Assembly: GCF_947568905.1 (NCBI RefSeq)
Contig: NC_079165.1
Location: forward strand, 105,772,001-105,836,000
DNA: 64,000 nucleotides
Source of the DNA: Ostrea edulis
Taxonomy: Eukaryota
Direction: 5' to 3'
This document shows positions 1 through 12,349 of the stretch, piece after piece. The notes beneath the pieces were generated by a model that saw only the letters and a program-made list of their open reading frames with translations, was not told where the DNA came from and searched no databases. A program made the translations under genes and the position numbers. Positions within the stretch are counted from its first letter, which is position 1. Every line of letters begins with the position of its first letter.

Positions 1-190
1 TCTGCAGTTCCATTGAGGAGAGTAATAATTGAATTATTGCGCGCATTAATTGAATTGATATCATTAACTGAATTATTGCTTTCATCAATTCAGTGGAAGC
101 GCGCGCATCCATTCAATTGTATGAAGAAATATTTTATTGAATTGTTTGCGCATTAAGAATCGATGATGTTTTCAAATAGTTAAAGATACT
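1..190. mobile_element. Fragment of the AT-rich 'GCGCGC/AATTGAATT' internally repetitive MITE family
   Basis: Same degenerate ~22-bp motifs (aattattgcgcgcattaattgaattgat) as the complete copy at 42469-43297; runs off the window start. Confidence 0.6.
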
Positions 191-745
191 TCAATTATTT
201 GAATTTATGTTAAGTTGGCACTCCATGGCGTGTGCATACAAGCATTTGCAATTATACATGTGTGATGTCAGTAACATGGAATTAAAGCGGAGAAATCTTT
301 TGCTAATTACATACTGATGGAATGGAATACACGAAGAGCATCGTATATATAAAACGCATTCAATTCTTGCAAAATGCAGGTGCGTGTGCACATGGCATAC
401 TTGCCTAGAAAACGCATCAGATGTGGACAGCTATTTTCCCGGGACCCGTGCACTTAACCAAAAATGTTGAAACGAAACAAAAAGTATCTCGACTGTTACA
501 TTATGACAGATTGCGACACACTTCGCCCGAGCCAGTCAAGATGATGGTCTTGAATCAGGGTTTATTGGAGTCAAATATTTTTCCTGTATTGAATGCTTGA
601 CTGTTCAGGGTTTTTGCAGTTTATAGAAATCAGGAATCTGATCATGCACGGGCATATACACTGAACATCTGTTTGGATATATTGTGTGCACAATTCAAAA
701 TTTATAGGTGAAATACATATAAACATGAATAATCGAAAATATATA

Positions 746-1225
746 TCTGATAGAAAATACGGTTATTACATGCACATCCATTATAGACAGTTATCTAATA
801 GAAAATACGGTTATTACATGCCCATCCATTATAGACAGTTATCTGATAGAAAATACGGTTATTACATGCCCATCCATTATAGACAGTTATCTAATAGAAA
901 ATACGGTTATTACATGCCCATCCATTATAGACAGTTATCTAATAGAAAATACGGTTATTACATGCCCATCCATTATAGACAGTTATCTGATAGAAAATAC
1001 GGTTATTACATGCACATCCATTATAGACAGTTATCTGATAGAAAATACGGTTATTACATGCACATCCATTATAGACAGTTATCTAATAGAAAATACGGTT
1101 ATTACATGCCCATCCATTATAGACAGTTATCTGATAGAAAATACGGTTATTACATGCCCATCCATTATAGACAGTTATCTGATAGAAAATACGGTTATTA
1201 CATGCACATCCATTATAGACAGTTG
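746..1225. repeat. 48-bp minisatellite, 10 copies
   Basis: Unit tct(g/a)atagaaaatacggttattacatgc(a/c)catccattatagacagtta repeats every 48 bp; explains the 16-aa periodicity of ORF 686..1237. Confidence 0.95.
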
Positions 1226-1283
1226 ACGAATACATAAAAAGGGGAGTAAACATGTAACTATATAGTTGAAAATATAAATAGTG

Positions 1284-1428
1284 AAAGGCGAAGATAACGA
1301 ACAGTGATCAATCTCATAACTCCTATAAGCAATACAAAATAGAGAGTTGGGCAAACACGGACCCCTGGACATACCAGAGGTGGGATCAGGTGCATAGGAG
1401 GAGTAAGCATCTTCCGTCGACCGGTTAC
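1284..1428 (-). mobile_element. 3' tail fragment of Penelope-like (Naiad-type) retroelement
   Basis: Reverse complement closely matches 39015-39160, the 3' UTR following the Penelope-type RT ORF at 38362-38943. Confidence 0.85.
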
Positions 1429-2584
1429 ATAGTACAGTTTCAAACTTTGCTATCTCTTCGGGAAGGGCATAATTATTTACAGTCACTTTGCATGTACATA
1501 TTCATTGATTGAACAGGTGAGATGTACAATGCTATTTCACAGAAGAAAAGAAAATATTGGTCTCTGGTATCAATGTAAGCATACACGCATTTATGAATTT
1601 CAACTATTTCAAAATCTTGGATTGACAACATAGTGGAAACTTACAAGAGTGGCATCGGTGCTTCTTTTTATCATTAGAAATAAAAACAAATATTAGTTTG
1701 TGTTTTGACGTGAAGTACTGAAAGTCTATCAAATTGCAGGAAACTTAAATGCGTGTATAACAATTGAGGTATACCTGCACGTAGCATTGTTTTAAAGGGG
1801 AGGGGGGGGGGAGACAGCCGGAGTTGTTCACTTCATTATTATTAGTAGTATTAAAATTCTTGATAAACAAGAAAAAATGGATTCGGAGTACTCTGTACAA
1901 AAACCTCAAAATCCTCAATCGTACGAGGGAGGTTGGGGGGTTGGGTTGGCAAAGGTTGGTTCACTACAAGTATTTTTCAATTCAGCACTTTACTCATCAA
2001 CAACTTTCTACTATTACTTTTTTTTAAATGGGGGGATAGCCAATCAATTGAACTTTGTATGTAGAAAATATGGAATTTGTATGTTATAATAACGGAAAAA
2101 GTAAATTGTAAAAAATACCAGATCATCTGTCCACCTCAACAATTCCTACAAAAGAAAACAGCAAAAATAATGGGGGGGGGGGGGATCTTGATATCGCCGT
2201 TCGCATATGTACATGTATAGACAAAGTTATAATACATATATTGATATATAGGTTTGTTTGGACCGGGTATTGATTTATTTTGCAGTTTGTAAAAAAATGT
2301 TGTGGATTTCTGTAAAACACTATAATGAACACTATAGTGAATTATTTACGTACCCTATACACTACTATTGGAGACGTACGAGTTACCTGTCGAGTCTATC
2401 CGCACAGGTAAATCGGAAATATTTGATGTGAATTAAAGCGTACCAAAATCGTCTCCTTATATACCTTACCAACCCTGATACATATAACAATAGAATATAC
2501 ATCTAATATGGCAGATAAGTAGAAATATATGGTGGACACTGCGAATTCTACAATATTTAAAAATTCGTGTCAGCTTTAAATTAA

Positions 2585-3135
2585 CGTAGTTCCACCCTTC
2601 TGTGACGACATAAGATTTTGCAAAGTCAATGATTTAATAAGATTTATGGATCACAGGAACATAAATCTTGTTGGGAGTCTTTTTCAACCGTTATTGTAAA
2701 AAACTTTGTTGTCCATAAAATATTTCAAAAGTCTTAAGTTATATATGAATTTATAATATGTTTCAAAATATTGAATCCAAGGGCAATAACTCTGTTTTCA
2801 TTACATTATTTATCAAGTCCACTCTGCTACAAATTTCCTTTCTTTTTTTTTCACAAACATTTTGTATATTTTTTAAAAAGACAGTTTCATGAAATTGTTA
2901 TGAATACTATTATATCGTTATAACTAGTTTTTGTGAAATTTTGATAATGCTGTTTAAGGAAAATGGCAATTTTCTGAAGTTGATAACGGGTATCTGTGTG
3001 TTAATTGATAAAAAAAATTATTTATACCGCAACATACTTATTTTATCATATTTGTTTGTTCCTAGGATATATTATTTCAAGAATCAACAATCAAATATTA
3101 GGTTAAACCTATAATTCTAGAGGGGCGGAATTACC
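2585..3135. mobile_element. Kolobok-like MITE (TTAA target)
   Basis: Imperfect terminal inverted repeats ttaa|cgtagttccaccc ... ggggcggaattacc|ttaa with TTAA on both sides. Confidence 0.5.
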
Positions 3136-3329
3136 TTAACAACAAAACATCAAGTGAAAAGACAAAATCAATCGCTATTAAATTTGCAGATTTGGGGGGG
3201 TTGGGGTTGGTTATTTCATATGCTTCCGTTTTCATGAAAAGTTTCGATGATTATTTTATCATTCGGTTTCATTTTGGATAAATTATTTTGCATCTGATAA
3301 TTTAATGCTCTTCGCGTTAATTAAGGTTT

Positions 3330-3600
3330 ACGAAGGCGCCTCTTGTTTTGCTTATTCTTGTTTTGATGTCTTCTTCAGCTTCACCACTTGTTGTCACAAT
3401 GCTTTCAAGATACGTAAAGGCTCTTGCACTTGCCAGGTTTTCCCCATCTAGTTATATCCCCGTTTATCTTTAAGCCGATTTCACTGGCATTGGATTGTGA
3501 CTTTGAAGTCTTACTCTGCATATGGGTTCAAAGATGAGACAGTAGCGCAAGGTCATCTGCGTGGTCAAGATTGAAACTGCTCTGAAGCGTAATGTGGCCC
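3330..3600 (-). pseudogene. Decayed RTE-type LINE reverse transcriptase fragment
   Basis: Minus-strand translation contains NLDHADDLALLSH, resembling the RTE RT motif DLDFADDIALLSH; truncated next to a MITE end at ~3627. Confidence 0.55.
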
Positions 3601-3626
3601 GTGGACCCTTGTTTTTTTTTTCTCTT

Positions 3627-4045
3627 CAGGGGTGGATCCAGGAATTGCGGTTGGTGGCGCAACTTTATAAGGTAGGGGATCTGAGGACGCCTTGAAGTCC
3701 CCAGTGGGTCCAGGGGGAATCCCTGGTGGGGGCCCAGGGGCGAAGCCACTGGATTTTACAGATTTTATAGGGCTCGAAATATGTCTCCTATGTAGTCATT
3801 TTTATTACTTTCTGTCATATTTTATAAGGTGAAATAAATAAAATGACGCAAATGTTAAGGGTTTTTTTGGGGGAAAAGTTCTCCCAATAAAAGTACTTCA
3901 ATAAATCAAAAGATTTTGTCACTTATTTCTCCGAGAGTGGAAGACATTATTGCTCCTCTTATCGTTTACATTTTTTTGAACAAGATACAACCACTTACTT
4001 TGAATTAAAAAAATTTAGGGTGTGTGTGCCGGTGCGCCCCCTTAA
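3627..4045. mobile_element. MITE of the CAGGGGCGGATCCAG family (partial)
   Basis: Starts caggggtggatccagga; related ends occur at 42296 (aagggcagatccagaa) and 43915-43932 (tggatccgcctatg). Confidence 0.5.
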
Positions 4046-4419
4046 ACTTCATTTACCTTTATTTACACGAAATGAATTCTTTAATGATTATGTCATATAC
4101 AACCTCCGGGTTATTTTTTTCCTTGTGACCTTGAACTATGTTCTGATCAGGATGTTTGTATACAGATTTTTTAGCCATTGCCACCTGACTATGATAATAA
4201 TTAAAACGGTTATGTGTTTTACACTTCATTTAATTCTCTTAATGCACAAATGAAAACATTAAACTATAAACACAATTAGAACAGCAATCCATATCAAGGA
4301 TACGTGACTTATGCATGTATCTTATTTGCTGTTACAGCGCTCTCAGCTGACATTTGCTTACCATAATTATGAACATTTGAGAAAATGAGTTATATTAGGA
4401 TGATATTACTTAATAAATA

Positions 4420-4670
4420 GAACTCTCGACTGAGGTTCGGCTCGGCTGGATATTTGGACTGACGCCTCGAGTTCACCGAATATCAGTGATAGTGATACAG
4501 AGCTGGTTTAATAGTCAAATAAATTATTTGAAGCGAGTTGCAATGTCATCTAGGTGCACATTAATTGCTAGAAGCAGCTGAACCACGATGTAAATTTCCA
4601 GACATGAATTATGAAACACTGCTCCGAGATTTGATCAGTCCAAATAGCCAGCTGAGCCGAAATTATATCA
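4420..4670. mobile_element. Internally deleted relative of the 9-bp-TSD foldback element at 6162-7352
   Basis: Shares ggttcggctcggctggatatttggactgacgcc and gtaaatttccagacatgaattatgaa blocks with 6162-6230 and 7190-7352. Confidence 0.65.
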
Positions 4671-4690
4671 GTACATGACTCACAGGTACT

Positions 4691-5422
4691 TGTAGACAGG
4701 AATCCCCCCACCCCCTCCCTATATCCCCTTGTAGACAGGAATCACCCACCCCCTCCCTATATCCCCCTGTAGACAGGAATCACCCACCCCTTCCTATATC
4801 CCCTTGTAGACAGGAATCACCCACCCCCTCCCTATATCCCCCTGTAGACAGGAATCACCCACCCCCTCCCTATATCCCCTTGTAGACAGGAATCACCCAC
4901 CCCCTCCCTATATCCCCTTGTAGACAGGAATCACCCACCCCCTGCCTATATCCCCTTGTAGACAGGAATCACCCACCCCCTCCCTATATCCCCTTGTAGA
5001 CAGGAATCACCCACCCCCTCCCTATATCCCCCTGTAGACAGGAATCACCCACCCCTCCCTAAATATATGCCCTTGTAGACAGGAATCACCCCCACCCCCT
5101 CCCTATATCCCCTTGTAGACAGGAATCACCCACCCCCTGCCTATATCCCCTTGTAGACAGGAATCACCCACCCCCTGCCTATATCCCCTTGTAGACAGGA
5201 ATCACCCACCCCTTCCTATATCCCCCTGTAGACAGGAATCACCCACCCCCTCCCTATATCCCCCTGTAGACAGGAATCACCCACCCCCTCCCTATATCCC
5301 CCTGTAGACAGGAATCACCCACCCCCTCCCTATATCCCCCTGTAGACAGGAATCACCCACCCCCTCCCTATATCCCCCTGTAGACAGGAATCACCCACCC
5401 CTCCCTATCTCCCCCTGTAGAC
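4691..5422. repeat. 38-bp C-rich minisatellite (~19 copies) with a G-quadruplex motif on the minus strand
   Basis: Unit tgtagacaggaatcacccaccccctccctatatcccc(c/t); the minus strand reads GGGG-atata-GGG-a-GGGGG-t-GGG in each unit. Confidence 0.95.
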
Positions 5423-5474
5423 AATTACCCCCCCCCCCTCTAGGTTTGGCACTTTGCTGTCTTGAGTACCTGTT

Positions 5475-7829
5475 CTACAAACATTCTATGTGAAGTTTAG
5501 AGATCCAGTAGCATAATTTATTGGCAATACTGAGCAGGAACGGGATGTAGGACACGAGCCCGTGGTACCTGTGGTCATGTAAGGCAACACGGTAAGTGAA
5601 GAGGTTCTGTCGATCGTTGGATATAACGGTGAAATCAAAGTCTTCAGACAGAAACAGGTTCAACCGCTGATGCAGACGGTCAATTTCTTCCTTCAATACA
5701 GGTTCTCTTAATCTACGAATACTGTTACAAAAATCACAGATCTTCCTGTGCAACGTGTCATTTTCGCGTTTCAGCATTTGCAATTCTTCCCAGAAAAGTA
5801 GGAAGCCAATCATTTTCCCTTTACTCCCATCGCGCGGTGTTCCGTTGCTTGGCAACTGGCCAGAGAATCTCATGAGTTTTTTGAAGTTTCGGATGCTATT
5901 GATCTCGTGTGGTAACAGGTCTCCTCCCAAAATGTGAATCAGTTTGATCGAGTCTAGGAAAGACTGCTGACTCCGGTAAAACCAGTCCATGTAGCGCATT
6001 TTGAGCGAGTTCAGGCGGCCGACATGTCTATTGGCTTCATTCTTCAGACCATCCAGTTCCATCATCTTCAGCTCAAACTTGCTGAAGGCTTGGTTGCTGA
6101 AATAGATATTTTAAGTGCCTAGAAATTAAACACATGAACTATTCACCAGCTGTAAAAGTCCTAATCTCGGTTGAGATTCGGCTCGGCTGAATGTCTGGAA
6201 ATTTACTTTCAGCTTCAGTCGTTTCTAGCAATACGGAAGTTCCGAGTTCCCCAACAGTTATTTCCCTTTATCGAACTCTTCCGTAAATTATGACGTAAAA
6301 TATGATGACAGTGGGTACATTTGCTAATTGCTATCGTTGTATTATTTCTTAAAAGATGATATCCAGAGTTTCTGAGACCATCCTATCTCAGGGGAAAGGC
6401 AACTTTAGTGAGTTTATGAATATTGGATAACAAAATGGCTCAAACAAATATTGTTAATTGCCGTCTTTCATTGATAAAAGGGTCACTCATGTAGAAGAGG
6501 AAACGAATAATGATTTAATAGCCAATTTGATGATCTTATTCAAACAAATTATGCTTGATATGGTCAGAATATGCATACCAGTGATTGATAGAAACAAAAG
6601 TTACGCTTTCATTACATTAATCGTACGTAATCGTTATGTACAGTGCCAGTCTACGATATAATGTATACATTGTGTACCCACCATACGTCATAAAATGCGA
6701 AAGAGTTCGACAAAGGGAAATAACTTTTGGGTAACTCGGAACTTGCGTATTAATGTGCACTTAGGTGACACTGCTGTCCGCTTCAAATAAGTGATTTGAC
6801 TGTTAAACTAACTCTATATTACTATTAATGCTATATTACTTACCGTCTAAATATGTAAATTCCATAAAATAAACCATCACTAATTTTTCCGTTCAAATGA
6901 AGATTCTATGGCGCAATATTTTATCTCCCAAAATTGAAGAGTTCCTATAGTTTGTTTTTTGAATTAGCGAAGTGCAAATAGGTGTGTAGAGATACGATGT
7001 ATCTGTAACTATAGATAAAGCAGACTATAGGAACTCTTCAATTCCAGGAGATAAAATATTGTGCCATGGAAATCTTCATTTGAACGGAAAATGTTGTGCC
7101 TGCTTTCATTTAGGGATTTTTATACCTAAACGGTAAGTAATACAGCATTGATAGTGATAGAGAGTTAGTTTAACAGTCAAATTACTCATTTGAAGCGAAC
7201 AGCAGTGTCACCTAAGTGCACTTTACCGGTAATTGCTAGAACTGACCGAAGCTGAAAGTAAATTTCCAGACATGAATTATGAAGGACTGCTCCGAGATTC
7301 GGTGAAGGCGTCAGTCCAAATATTCAGCCAAGCCGAATCTCGGCCGAGATTATAAAAGTCCATATTTTCGACAGGGTTAAAATTTCGCTGTGTACAGTCA
7401 TTCGTTTGTAAGCACAGTTTCCTATTCACCTTATTACAGATACATAACACATTCAAAATAAATTCAAAGACATTGTCAAAGATGGACAGGTGAAAAAGAA
7501 TACTCTGTGCCAACATGTTACTAACTGAAGTCCAGAATGCACCGAAGCAAGAAAAAACGAGAGCATTTCAAAGCAGAGCATTCCCATGCAACTACTCAGC
7601 GAGAGGCGTCAGTCCAAATACCCAGTCTCGACGAATCTCGCTGAGATTACCTCGCAATTAGACACATCTTACAACAAAGTGTTAGAATTCAAAGAATTTG
7701 AAATTAGCTTCAACAATTTAAATTTAACGTTGTCGATTTAAGATTAATTATAACAAAATAAAACAATATCTATAACAATTCTATTTTTATTATACTGTTA
7801 GTTTTAAAAAATACTTTAATATAACGCAT

Positions 7830-7894
<65 letters not shown>

Positions 7895-8105
7895 CTAAAA
7901 AGCAATGTAATATATCGAAATAAGTAATTATATTATTGATTTATTTTGACCATCCGATTGAACATTTGGATCTTATAATTCACAAACCAATAGATAAAAC
8001 GCAGGTAAATGTGGTCCTAAATGGCGGTGTGAAGCTGCTGGATTCATTTACAAAAACATCCATAGATACTTACTGATAATCTCGATAAGTCAACGTCACA
8101 GCCAT
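5475..8105 (-). CDS. Uncharacterized 217-aa protein, 2 coding exons (8105-8074, 6096-5475)
   Basis: Exon 1: ATG GCT GTG ... TAT CA|gtaagt; exon 2: ctatttcag|C AAC CAA GCC ...; the phases join in frame (MAVTLTYRDYHNQAFSKFELK + the 196-aa ORF 5475..6065). A further acceptor (atttcag) at 8140 implies a 5' UTR intron. Confidence 0.8.
6162..7352. mobile_element. Non-autonomous foldback DNA transposon with 9-bp TSD (MULE-like, unclassified)
   Basis: TIR taatctcggttgagattcggctcggctgaat / attcagccaagccgaatctcggccgagatta; TSD taaaagtcc at 6153-6161 and 7353-7361; internal ~200-bp inverted arms (~6754-6955 vs ~7021-7223). Confidence 0.85.
7829..7891. repeat. (CT)n microsatellite
   Basis: About 30 CT units. 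Confidence 0.95.
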
Positions 8106-9110
8106 GTTGTGTCTGTCACTACCTCTAATGTTACAAATCCTGAAATGAAATAATAGCAGTGCATATATCAGGAATGACTTATCTTGTTGACATCCAAAGG
8201 AACCTTAATCAAACAGAACAGCGTGTTTTACAGGAAAACATAACCCTTGAAATATACCGGCAAGTGTCATAGAGAAATCAACACTGGAAATAAAGCGTTT
8301 TCTTTTATGTAAAACTCAGAAGTGGAATTGCTGCATTCGAATGGAATTCTCGAAAAGCGTTTAATTTTGTGTTGAGTTTACGTCGATTTTATCCGAGTGC
8401 AAACCTCTCACAAACGTTTTTTGAGGAGGGTTCTTACAATATCAAAGAAAACGTCCCAAAGATTGACCAAGCCACCGAGACATTGACATATTAACACTCG
8501 CTTTTCACTTTTCACACAGTCTATGAAAAGAAGTCTCATTTATATGGAAATCAAACGGGTTTATTGTGAAAGAAATGAACAAAGTACCGTAATAGAAATT
8601 AAACTACACTGCCATCAGATAAAATTGGCATCTTATTAAATACACAATACTTTTTAAAAGGAAGCAATGCCATTTCTAACTGGAGTAATGGGGTATCTGT
8701 TCTAACTTGTCAAATGTCGAACTTCCTTTCATGTAAATCAAGTGTGCTTTATCAAATTTTTAAATTTGAAATTCAGTAGAACTTGTCAAGTTGTAAAATA
8801 CATTTAAATTATCGGGTTTAATGTCACCAAAGAAGATCAACGTCGTTTAAAGGATATGGTTTCTTGAGCTTAGTTGGAAATGGAATTAAATAACGATTTC
8901 AAATGTAGTCTTTGGATAAGAAGTTAAAAAATTTCTCTGCCATTCTGTTTACAATTTATGTCTATTTATCATGCCTGGCTCAATGACAAATGTATCTGCT
9001 TGAATTGAAATTGTGGGATGGTCTAACAGAATACATCTACATGATTCCTATATTGAAAATCAATTCGTAAATCAATTTTGCCAACAAGAAAACATTAAGC
9101 ACGACACGTT

Positions 9111-9146
<36 letters not shown>

Positions 9147-10499
9147 TAACCAAAGATTAAATCTATAGCTGTTAAATCCTGGATGTACAGTTTGAATTTT
9201 CCCGAGAGATTAAAGTTATTTTTTCATAATGATTCGGTGTGCAAATAATAATGGAAAGCATTATTAATTGAGGTTATTTATTGGAAATGCTATTGATTTC
9301 GTTCCAAGTTTAAAAAAAAATCGAACAATTGATTATAAAATGTCCAAGCAAATACCACAATCATAATTCATAATGATACATAGGTACTGATTATTTCGGT
9401 GTTTTCAAATTAATCCGGATTAATATCATTCTTAAATCGTTAGTTAATTATTTACTTAGTGGTGTCGATGAAAAACTAGGTCAGTAGAGGGAGAGCTTAG
9501 ATATATTTTCAAATAAAATGGACAGTATTGAATATTGTAATCTTAATTGTGTCTGTCAGTGAAGCTTTCTGTTGAATCGATAGATGATTTAAAAATACTC
9601 TAATCATACAGATACCGTTATGTCTCCTACTGTCATCTATAGCTTATACCAGTATTAAAAAAAACTCCAATAAAAATGATAAAAAGAAATCTATGACCTT
9701 AAAAAAATTGATTAAAAGATTAAAATTGTATACCTGACCCTATAACTTCAATTTGACCAAAAACACACGCGAAAGACATGCAGCTCTTATCATTTTTCAT
9801 TATTTCATACTCCTAAAGAATTGTTAGACATAAAAATTATTCCATTAAGATATAGATAAACTTACTGTGGGGAAAGTTAATCCATTTTCAAGAATAAGTT
9901 GTTAGTGTTTACAACTCGTTAAAACCCCCTCGTCTGAGAGTATTATTTACAGTAACTAAGTAAAGGTCCGGCCGGGGTACATGTGTAGACTTCGTCAACC
10001 AGCGTTGATACTGCGCACACCGGGTAAAAGGCAATGTCGTTTAATCGACAGCTGTATATTTACTCAGGATTTCGATAAATACTTTAGCTTTTCTGTACAC
10101 ATTGTATATTTGCCCTCTGCATCGTTTTCTGCGAAGGTTACGGCACTCGTTAGATACACTTCCTATTTATCTATACTCAAAAGATTTATAAATATTTCGC
10201 TTTTAAGGTAATTGAACTAAATTAGGGGCAATATTCCAGCTTGACTAGTCAATACGCCCCATGTTGACTCCTTATTCCTTGCCATATATGCACCTGACTT
10301 GGCATACATAGGTGTATACACAAACCTGGTGTGTAATAAATGTCCGCTTTAATATCAAATGTTGCATGATATAAGTATTTGGGGGATTTTTAAACAACAA
10401 AAATATTTATTGATTAGCAACAAAGAATTGGAAGCACAAATGTAATGTATTAAACTGGGTATTGTCATCATCAGATATTTTGACAGAGGCTTCAGGAAT

Positions 10500-11290
10500 C
10501 AACTGTAGAACACTGAAAACCTGCGAAGTTATGTGTCTAAAATCATGAAACTTTGAGAGCCAGTGGACACGCTATGACGGAATTTGTGGCCAGAGGAGTT
10601 TGAAATACACGATGTAGGCCAGAGTAGTGTACTTGTTTGCATGTGTTAGTTTTAATCAATGATGATGGTATAGATATTAGAAGACATTACCTTGCGCTGG
10701 ACATCAGCCTCCCATCTCACATCTATGGCTCAATGCAGCAAAAGATTGACACTTTAAACACCGAATCTGTAAAAGCTGGCCTGAAGAGGAATTCAAAGAA
10801 GGCAAAGGTTTTGGACGAATTTGGAGGAAAAGAAGCACATCACTTCTAAAGTAAAACAACGTTTGAACAAGTTTAGATTATCACTAAAGATATATGTCAG
10901 CTAAGCTTCTGGTTTGATACATGGAACAAAAACGTTGTAAACAAATGAATAGGAAGAAAGCAAACACCGAGGATTAAAAGGGTATTGCCTCGGAAGGGAC
11001 GTCAGGCGGCTTACATAAGATGACAGACAAAATGGGGTTAAAGAGAGTGGATTCACTACACACAACAATTTAAGAATCGAAAATACTAGTAGCATGCAGG
11101 CATCTCAAAACTCAACAAGGTGTGGAAACCAGGGAGACAGAAAGGCACACGGAGAAGAATATTAAATCAGGGATGAAACACCAAGGAACCAGCTAGAGAC
11201 GATGGCTGAAAACAAGACTGGTTGAAGGGCCCTTGAAGAAGACTCGTTTATATGTTGCAAAACAAGAAGAGGATTAAGAAAGTAAGTAAA
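10500..11290 (+). pseudogene. Decayed RTE-type LINE 3' portion
   Basis: Translation SMQQKIDTLNTESVKAGLKRNSKKAKV resembles the RTE RT region after the FADD motif; ends gaggattaagaaagtaagtaa, a typical RTE (TAAG)n tail. Confidence 0.65.
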
Positions 11291-12349
11291 TACGGGTCCC
11301 ACTCTGACATACCGACGACGACAGGGACGTTTGAGGAATTGTTTAACTTCCATTACTCAAAAGGGGCAAACTCAGTATCAACGTCTACGTCAACTGCTTG
11401 TTTAGCAATAAGTTGAAATGTTCCGCCCATCTGGCGAGTATCTAATCGAATAGTGTTGTCAACAGCCACGTAACGGTATAGATCCACTCGCATGAAAGTG
11501 GTTTAGAATATTTGACCCCTAGAAGTATCTGCCAACAGCATCTTGTAGTCTCTATATGCATTCCATGTCGTTTTATTTGAATAGAAGTTTTATTATTTGA
11601 TATTTGTAATCCTGAAAGTGTCCTACAAATAGGAAAATGAATGTCTCGCAGAAACGCCAAGTTTTGGTACTGAGTGATCGCATTCCTTATTAAGAATTGA
11701 CCTTCTTTCCTCTCAACGCTTCGTCTCCGCCATTTCATTTGTTGCAGAGGAAAATACGCATCTGCAAAGGGAACAAGGCTGGACTCCTTGTATTTGCTGT
11801 TATGCTTTTTCAGTCCATCATTTCTTCTCTATTTCTGGGCCACTTTCAATCATTTCCTTGGTATGTTTTCTATTGGTAATGTAATTTTAGTTTCGCTGTT
11901 GGATGTGGTTTCCTCAAATCAGGCACTATTTATTTACGAATCCACTAACTTGGTTTCTCCATAAAATCTGCATCTTGGTTCTCATCAAAGGGATATTTTC
12001 CAAATTCATGCATGATTGGAGCTTGTTGGTCATTTTTGCTCCATCGTTTTGCTATACCGTAAAGCTCTGTCGTTTAGCCTCGTAGTTTGTAGTTGATCAT
12101 TGTTGCTGTAGGAAATTAAAGCTGTATACTTCTAAAAAGCAAATAGTTTGACAGCCAACGATTTTTCACGGAATATATATTGCATTTAATCCAGTACCTG
12201 GATTGCGAGGATTGATGTTGTAGATTTTAACCGTATGGAATGTTTAATGTTGGTGATGGAAAGCTTATGAGACACACAGTGAGACAGCAAGAGTTCATCG
12301 CTTAAGAGAAACACCGTGGACCGTCATCCTTGGCTGACGAAGATGGGCA

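Noticed and set aside
686-1237. 183-aa repetitive ORF (SDRKYGYYMHIHYRQL)n
   Set aside because: Arises from a 48-bp (multiple of 3) minisatellite; no splice context or synonymous-site pattern supports coding.
11440-12340. Coding-like minus-strand stretch with several short ORFs
   Set aside because: Many stops and frameshifts and no motif I can recognise; possibly a decayed gene or TE. Needs tBLASTx.
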